Shown one piece after another: positions 45,838 to 51,176 of a stretch of 51,176 bases of DNA (its first letter is position 1; every line of letters starts with the position of its first letter). The stretch is from assembly GCA_902767365.1 (NCBI GenBank), contig CACXGX010000089.1:1-51176 (forward strand), in the 5' to 3' direction. The notes under the pieces are model-generated. The model worked only from the letters and a program-made list of their open reading frames with translations. It was not told the origin of the DNA and searched no databases. Both the position numbers and the translations under genes were made by a program. The DNA comes from an uncultured Erysipelotrichaceae bacterium. Its GTDB lineage: Bacteria; Bacillota_I; Bacilli_A; RF39; UBA660.

Positions 45838-46261
45838 ATCTAAATAAATTATCAATTGAAAAAGGTTCATAAATGCTTAATAAATTTACTAAATAAACTG
45901 TTTTTATAAGATTTTTTCCATTTTCATAATCACAATAAGTACTAGAAGATATATTAATTTTTTTACTAACTTGTTCAATTGTCATATTACTTTGTTTTCG
46001 TAGTTTTCTTAAATTGCATCCTATTATTTTTTTATCTATTGTAATAAATGAATAATTATTTATTCTATTAATGCCCAAAAGATTATCTATACTTATTTTG
46101 TATATGTTTGAAATGTCTACTAATCTCTTTAAAGGAATATTATCATGATTATTTATCCATCCGGATACTGTTTTATATGATATTCCTAATTCAGTAGCCA
46201 AATCTTTCTGCTTAATTTCATGTGTTTCGCAGAAATTTCTTAATTGATTCGCTATATCCAT
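45836..46261 (-). CDS. XRE-family regulator with two HTH domains
   Basis: Two HTH_3-like segments (..HEIKQKDLATELGISYKTVSGWIN.. and ..SNMTIEQVSKKINISSSTYCDYENG..). Confidence 0.75.
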   Translation of the reverse strand: MDIANQLRNFCETHEIKQKDLATELGISYKTVSGWINNHDNIPLKRLVDISNIYKISIDNLLGINRINNYSFITIDKKIIGCNLRKLRKQSNMTIEQVSKKINISSSTYCDYENGKNLIKTVYLVNLLSIYEPFSIDNLFR

Positions 46262-46420
46262 TCATATATCACCAAAAATTATTATTCCAAAAACATTATT
46301 GAATTATTTAAAAGTCTGGGAAATACGAAAGAGAATTTTTGTAATTCTCCCGATTGGAGATTTTTCAATTATCTATTTGTTTTATAATGTGTGTAATAAA
46401 TATAGCGAGGAGGTGAAAAA

Positions 46421-47146
46421 ATGAGTGGCAATAAAGCTACTATAGCTAAAATAGGAAAACATATTGCAGAATTAAGAAAAGAAAAAGGTTTCACTCAAAG
46501 AACCTTATCTGAAATGGTATATGTTGGTGAAAAAACAGTATCTAAATGGGAGAGAGGAATTGTTGCACCAGACATTGCCATGATTAAAACTCTTTCAAAT
46601 ATATTTGAAGTTAGTGTTGATGAATTATTGAGTGGAGAAAAAATAGAAAATAATAATGAAAATTGTACAGTTAATGCTATTAATGCTTATACATATCAAG
46701 CAAAACATAAAGTATTAAAAGTATCTTTGTTTATTGGGACTTTATTTTTAATAACATTTTTACTAGTATTTTTCATTAGCAGATATTATATGTGGAAAGT
46801 TGAACGATTTGAAATACAAGATCAATTATCAGTTTATGGCTATACAATAAGTAATAATTTGGATACTAAGGTAATAGTGGATAAAATAATATATGATGAT
46901 CCTTATGCTGGAACTAGTGATGAACTTAAAGCTAATTACATTAAAATGAGTTTATACTCTGAAAATGAAGAAATCTGCAGTAGTGAATTTTCATATGATA
47001 ACGATATTGCAGTATTTTCAATTATGAATAATTATATTTTTATATGCGATAATGAAAAGAGGTTTAATGATAAAGAATTGTCCTTAAGGTTTGACTTTGT
47101 TGGGAAAAATAGTTCAATGAAAAAAGAAATTTCGTTGAAAAAGTAA
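46421..47146 (+). CDS. membrane-tethered XRE-family regulator (HTH + TM + extracytoplasmic domain)
   Basis: N-terminal HTH (..KGFTQRTLSEMVYVGEKTVSKWERG..), TM VSLFIGTLFLITFLLVFFI, about 120-aa C-terminal domain; divergent from 45836-46261. Confidence 0.75.
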   Translation: MSGNKATIAKIGKHIAELRKEKGFTQRTLSEMVYVGEKTVSKWERGIVAPDIAMIKTLSNIFEVSVDELLSGEKIENNNENCTVNAINAYTYQAKHKVLKVSLFIGTLFLITFLLVFFISRYYMWKVERFEIQDQLSVYGYTISNNLDTKVIVDKIIYDDPYAGTSDELKANYIKMSLYSENEEICSSEFSYDNDIAVFSIMNNYIFICDNEKRFNDKELSLRFDFVGKNSSMKKEISLKK

Positions 47147-47233
47147 TGTAGCAAAATTGGATACTAATGTAACCATTTTTGCTACAATAAATCTTAAAAC
47201 AATAATATAAAATATTTTATGAAAGGAGGAATA

Positions 47234-47971
47234 ATGATGGTAAAGAAGATATTATTATGTTTTGTTGCAATTTTATTTTTATTTCCTGCATTGGTCTTTG
47301 CAAAAGAAGATGATTTTGTTGTATTGTCAGAAAATACAAAATATTATAAAACAGAAACATACTTGGAAGGAATTAATAAAAATAAAAGCATTACATATGA
47401 AATAACAAAAGATGAATACGATTCAGTGAATGTTGAAGAAATGTTAAGAAGTAATCCAACTACAGTTAATACTACATATAAAAGTATGACATCTTCAATA
47501 TTAGCTAATGGTAGCTACTATAGATATAAAAATGTACTTAACTGGAAAACAATGCCATCAACTAGAAGTTACGATATAATAGGAATTGGTTTTTTGCAAA
47601 GTGTTAAAGTTCATTCAAATACAACATATTTTGAGCAATACTATTGTTATACAGGTGGTTCTTGCTATTACTCATATAGTAATACTCCACAAATATTTGT
47701 TTCAGGTGCTGGAACATCTTTTGAACTTCCGTCTGGAAATTTAAATACACTTCGTCAGACATTCTATTTCGATGTTGAAAAAAATACTAATAGTACTATT
47801 TATTCACAATATGCTTATGGCGATTATTCACATGCTACGAGCACTATCTCTCAAAGTAATGCAATGAATTACTCAGTAATACAATCTGGTGGAATTGTTT
47901 TAGATAGTAGTATTATAAGTTATTATGATTCAATTTCAACTGCAACAGCATCATGGTCAGGAAGTTGGTAA
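47234..47971 (+). CDS. secreted hypothetical protein (~245 aa, Ser/Thr/Tyr/Asn-rich)
   Basis: SD AAAGGAGG, signal peptide MMVKKILLCFVAILFLFPALVFA; no recognised motif. Confidence 0.55.
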   Translation: MMVKKILLCFVAILFLFPALVFAKEDDFVVLSENTKYYKTETYLEGINKNKSITYEITKDEYDSVNVEEMLRSNPTTVNTTYKSMTSSILANGSYYRYKNVLNWKTMPSTRSYDIIGIGFLQSVKVHSNTTYFEQYYCYTGGSCYYSYSNTPQIFVSGAGTSFELPSGNLNTLRQTFYFDVEKNTNSTIYSQYAYGDYSHATSTISQSNAMNYSVIQSGGIVLDSSIISYYDSISTATASWSGSW

Positions 47972-48182
47972 AATCTCAAAATAAGTTACAAACTAGCAAA
48001 ATTGGATACTTATAATAAATTAAAATGGCTATATCATATCTTATCAAAGAAAATATATTTCTTTGATGGGGTGGTTGTATGTTAAGAAGGGTTGAATATA
48101 ATGATTTTATTCTAAAAAGAGTAACTTTGGGATTTAAACCAATTATTCTTTTATGCCAAAAATTAATCTTTATTATAAAGAA

Positions 48183-48211
48183 ACTACGCATTTGATGTGC
48201 GTAGTTTTTTT
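48183..48211 (+). terminator. rho-independent terminator
   Basis: ACTACGCA-tttgatg-TGCGTAGT followed by a T7 run. Confidence 0.6.
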
Positions 48212-48287
48212 GTGTTGAATTATTAAAGTCAAAATAAGAAGCCCAACTCCTTTCAATTTTTGAAAAAAAGTTGAAAGGAGAATACAA

Positions 48288-48749
48288 ATGGACAAACGTC
48301 CTTGTCGAAGAAAATTTAAAGACAATCCTTATACATTAACTAGTAATAAGGATGAAAACGTATATATTATAAATTTTATTGATAGCAGGGGTATATTACA
48401 AAATGTTGAAGTAAATAAAGATATTTTTGAATTGTTTGATAAAAGTGAAAAAGAGGAAAATGCACGATTTTACGAATATGCAAAACATTTAATGCATGAA
48501 GATTTCAATTCTGAAGTTATAGCTAGTGATTATTCTCTAGAAGAAGAAGTTTTTAATAATATGACAATTAAGGAATTGAAACGGGCATTAGATGAACTTC
48601 CATCAATACAAAAAAGAAGAATAATTAAATATTATTTCTATGATATGACTTTAGAAGCAATTGCCAAGGAAGAAAGATGTACAGCAAAAGCAATTCGATT
48701 CAGTATAAATATCGCTTTAGAGAAAATTTTAAAAAAATTTCAAAAATAG
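48288..48749 (+). CDS. sigma-70 region-4-like small regulator typical of conjugative transposon control modules
   Basis: C-terminus LPSIQKRRIIKYYFYDMTLEAIAKEERCTAKAIRFSINIALEKI is a region-4 HTH pattern; SD AAAGGAG. Confidence 0.65.
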   Translation: MDKRPCRRKFKDNPYTLTSNKDENVYIINFIDSRGILQNVEVNKDIFELFDKSEKEENARFYEYAKHLMHEDFNSEVIASDYSLEEEVFNNMTIKELKRALDELPSIQKRRIIKYYFYDMTLEAIAKEERCTAKAIRFSINIALEKILKKFQK

Positions 48750-48779
48750 ACTACGTTTTTATTTGATTTCACTACTAAT

Positions 48780-48810
48780 GGTGAGAGGAGAAATTCTCTC
48801 ACCAATTTTT
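48780..48810 (+). terminator. rho-independent terminator
   Basis: GGTGAGAG-gagaaatt-CTCTCACC followed by AATTTTT. Confidence 0.6.
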
Positions 48811-48990
48811 ATGAAAATTTAATAACATTTATCAAATACAGATAATGATACATATACTTAGTCGACAGTCGAGCGTGATAAAACCGTCGCAACAATCGAG
48901 AGTATCCACTTTAAATGGTGGTGGTGAGAGTCCAATGGTTACTGCTATAGTCGTTTGATAAAAATAGTTTATTTAATGAAGAGGAGGAAA

Positions 48991-49107
48991 TATGATTATT
49001 TTTTTAATAATTAGTTTTATTATATTGTTATTATTTTTGTTTTCTTGTTTAAAAATTTCAAGTGAATGTGATGGATTGGATAAAGGAAATGAAAATAAAG
49101 ACATATA
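48991..49107 (+). CDS. possible 38-aa hydrophobic peptide (MIIFLIISFIILLLFLFSCLKISSECDGLDKGNENKDI)
   Basis: Not in ORF track (too short); very strong SD GAGGAGGAAAT before the ATG; one TM helix plus a charged tail. Confidence 0.35.
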
Positions 49108-49295
49108 GAGTAACAATATTTAATAAGAAGAAAAAAATTGATTCTTATATAATTAGTGGTGAAAGTAAAAAATCAATTTATAATACTTTAAAAGAATTCT
49201 ATTATAGAACAAAGAAAATAAAATCTAAGAAAGATTTCGATTGTCATCTTGTGAGAGTTGAATTTGATGGAAACTATTATATTGAAGCTAAATAA
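49062..49295 (+). CDS. small basic hypothetical protein (start uncertain)
   Basis: ORF track; alternative ATGs at 49071/49089; upstream of the recombinase. Confidence 0.4.
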   Translation: MNVMDWIKEMKIKTYRVTIFNKKKKIDSYIISGESKKSIYNTLKEFYYRTKKIKSKKDFDCHLVRVEFDGNYYIEAK

Positions 49296-49467
49296 TAAAG
49301 AATTCATAGTTAAATGTACTGAAATTGATATTATTCTTTTGTTTAAAGATTATATTAATCAAATAAATGATTTAAGACTTATAAATTATTTGTATGAAAA
49401 TGATAAAATATCCAAAGAAGAATATGAAAAAATAAAATCTACAATAGGAGAATTTGTAGATTATTAA
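49258..49467 (+). CDS. small hypothetical protein (69 aa)
   Basis: ORF track; overlaps the previous ORF; upstream of the recombinase. Confidence 0.4.
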   Translation: MNLMETIILKLNNKEFIVKCTEIDIILLFKDYINQINDLRLINYLYENDKISKEEYEKIKSTIGEFVDY

Positions 49468-49496
49468 TTTTTTGATAAAATAATTATTATTATGAT

Positions 49497-51176
49497 ATGA
49501 AAGAGAGTGATAATTTAGTGGCATTAGTTAGAGTTATTGAGTCAAATAAAAATAATAATTTAGAACACATATCTCTAAAAAAGAAAAAAAGAGTGTGTGC
49601 ATATTGTAGAGTAAGTACTGATATGGAGGAACAAAAAAATAGTTATTATTCACAAATTAATTATTACTCAAATTATATTAAAAGTAATAAAGAATGGGAA
49701 TTTGTAGGAATATATGCTGATGAAGGAATATCTGGGACAATGATTAAGAAAAGAAACGAATTCAAAAGAATGGTTGATGATTGTAGGGCACATAGAATAG
49801 ATATTGTTATTGCAAAATCAATATCTAGATTTGCTAGAAATACAGTTGATACTTTAAACACTGTTAGAGAGTTTCGTGAATTGGGAGTAGATGTTTATTT
49901 TGAAAAAGAAAACATTCATACATTAAAGTTAGATAGTGAAATGTTTTTAACTTTATATAGTGCATTTGCCCAAGCTGAGAGTGAATCTACATCTATGAAT
50001 GTTAAACTTGGATATAAAGCAAAAATGAAAAGGGGTGAACCTTGTGGAAGTATTGCATGTTATGGTTACACATGGGATAAAACATTAAAAAAATTAATTA
50101 TAAATGAAAAAGAGTCAAAAATTGTAAAAAAAGTATTTAATATGTATTTAAAAGGTGATGGTTCTTCTGTAATTGCTAGAAAACTTACTGAAGAAAAAAT
50201 AATAGCACCTTCTGGCGGAAATACATGGCATCCTAGCGTTATAAGATCTATGATCCAAAACGTTAAATATGTTGGAGACATATGTGGGCAAAAATATTTT
50301 GTAGAGAACCCTATGACTCATAAGTTAATTAAAAATAGAGGGCAAAAAAATATGTATTATGTAACTGAACATCACGAACCTATAATTAATAAAAAGATAT
50401 TTGAAAAAGCACAAGAAATCTATAGAGCTAGAAGTATTACAATTAAAGATGGAAAAGAATATTGCCCTAAATATAGTTTAAGGCATACTTTTAGTAGTAT
50501 GATCTATTGCAATAATTGTGGAGAAACATATACAAGAAGATATGCTAAATATAAAAATAAAGATGGAATCATGCACGAACATGTATATTGGGCATGTTCC
50601 TCTATACCAAAAAAAATAAATTGTGGTAAGTCGGTTGCTATAAGAGATGATGAATTAAAATCATTGTTTGTTTCTTTATATAACAAATATCTATGTGGTT
50701 CTCAAACAACAAATTTATTAAAAAAAATAAGAGATGTCATTTATAAAGAAAATAGTGAAGAAAAGATTAATAATGTTGAAAATAAGATAGTAAAAGTTAG
50801 AGATCAAATTAATAAAATAATTGATTTAAGTTTAAATAATGAAATAAGTGATGAAATTTTTTCTTCTAAAAACAAAGAGTTAAATGAAGAACTATTAAGA
50901 TTAGAAGATGAAAAGGGGAAAATACTTAATTATAGTTCACATATGAGAACAGAAGAAAAAAGAATGCAAGAAATAGAAAAAATATTAGATAAAGCTAAAA
51001 CAATGAAAAAATTTGATGATGAGATATTTAAAAAAATCACTAATAGGGTTATCATTGGAGAATATGATGATAAAAATGCATATAATCCTAATGTAATTAA
51101 GTTTATTTTAAACATCAACAAAATCAAACAAAAATATGAAAAAGTGCATTTGTTACATGAGTTCGATGAGCGGATA
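49497..51176 (+). CDS. large serine recombinase (resolvase/invertase N-terminal domain + recombinase + zinc-ribbon), truncated by the window end
   Basis: Not in ORF track because no stop lies within the window. My translation: ..RVCAYCRVSTDMEEQKNSYYSQ..YADEGISGT..IAKSISRFARNTVDTL..FEKENI.., then recombinase domain and CNNCGE..WACS zinc ribbon. Start is ATG 49497 or GTG 49518. Confidence 0.9.
   Translation, partial: MKESDNLVALVRVIESNKNNNLEHISLKKKKRVCAYCRVSTDMEEQKNSYYSQINYYSNYIKSNKEWEFVGIYADEGISGTMIKKRNEFKRMVDDCRAHRIDIVIAKSISRFARNTVDTLNTVREFRELGVDVYFEKENIHTLKLDSEMFLTLYSAFAQAESESTSMNVKLGYKAKMKRGEPCGSIACYGYTWDKTLKKLIINEKESKIVKKVFNMYLKGDGSSVIARKLTEEKIIAPSGGNTWHPSVIRSMIQNVKYVGDICGQKYFVENPMTHKLIKNRGQKNMYYVTEHHEPIINKKIFEKAQEIYRARSITIKDGKEYCPKYSLRHTFSSMIYCNNCGETYTRRYAKYKNKDGIMHEHVYWACSSIPKKINCGKSVAIRDDELKSLFVSLYNKYLCGSQTTNLLKKIRDVIYKENSEEKINNVENKIVKVRDQINKIIDLSLNNEISDEIFSSKNKELNEELLRLEDEKGKILNYSSHMRTEEKRMQEIEKILDKAKTMKKFDDEIFKKITNRVIIGEYDDKNAYNPNVIKFILNINKIKQKYEKVHLLHEFDERI

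Larger units (their letters stand above)
9751..51176. mobile_element. integrative conjugative element (Tn1549/CTn-like, Firmicute-type T4SS, serine-recombinase integrated); right end beyond window, left end not mapped
   Basis: Contiguous co-directional rep-like/parAB, adhesin/sortase, ssb, mobC, relaxase, pcfB, T4CP, Maff2, TrbL-like, PrgI-like, VirB4, hydrolase, accessory block, sigma-like regulator and large serine recombinase. Confidence 0.75.

Noticed and set aside
47976-48287. 103-aa minus-strand ORF in the gap before the sigma-like gene
   Set aside because: It has no SD, and it runs antisense through a + strand terminator (48183-48211) and the sigma gene's SD. Its composition is typical of a chance ORF. 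A 38-aa + strand ORF (48079-48195) is also there, but I could not support it.
1-51176. CRISPR arrays, tRNA/rRNA genes, IS elements with terminal inverted repeats
   Set aside because: I found no regularly spaced direct repeats, no tRNA-like T-arm/acceptor patterns and no transposase-like ORFs on reading the sequence. The only tandem DNA repeats are coding repeats within the adhesin.

Overview
Very AT-rich window (not computed; by eye about 25-30% G+C), consistent with a low-GC Bacillota genome (Clostridia/Erysipelotrichia-like; inference only). Almost all genes are on the + strand. No tRNA, rRNA or CRISPR array was seen. (1) 1-5300: tail of a type VIIb secretion locus, with a 1518-aa EssC ATPase and a YukD/EsaB-like ubiquitin-fold protein. 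(2) 5338-5844: a near-consensus promoter and an intrinsic terminator bracket about 470 nt with no credible ORF and a G+C-enriched, hairpin-rich core; this is an unassigned ncRNA candidate. (3) 6144-9578: a class II bacteriocin export locus with a C39-peptidase ABC transporter and a short accessory protein. It also holds a double-glycine leader peptide missed by the ORF track; that peptide has no ATG/GTG/TTG start and lies in frame just after the upstream TGA. (4) 9751 to the window end: a Tn1549/CTn-like integrative conjugative element. It encodes Rep-like, ParA and ParB proteins, a thioester (TIE-type) adhesin with a dedicated sortase, SSB, MobC, a relaxase, PcfB, a VirD4-type coupling protein, Maff2, TrbL/VirB6-like, PrgI-like and VirB4 proteins, a cell-wall hydrolase, a sigma-like regulator and a large serine recombinase cut by the window edge. 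Cargo sits in three places: a self-contained PIN-like nuclease cassette between mobC and the relaxase; an AbiTii-like gene split from its TM tail inside the T4SS operon; and a roughly 17-kb accessory block (30.8-48.2 kb). That block carries an AbiA-like RT-HEPN gene divergent from an AbiD/F (Abi_2) HEPN gene, an XRE regulator plus a micropeptide ORF, and a Sec-secreted CHAT/caspase-like protein. Its most notable part is a tight operon: tail-collar protein, a 2039-aa signal-less RHS toxin with a CHAT-like C-terminal domain, a membrane-anchored beta-propeller (immunity candidate), a holin and an endolysin. I read this operon as a lysis-coupled (T10SS-like) RHS toxin release module carried on an ICE. 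All family assignments come from motifs read by eye, not from database searches.
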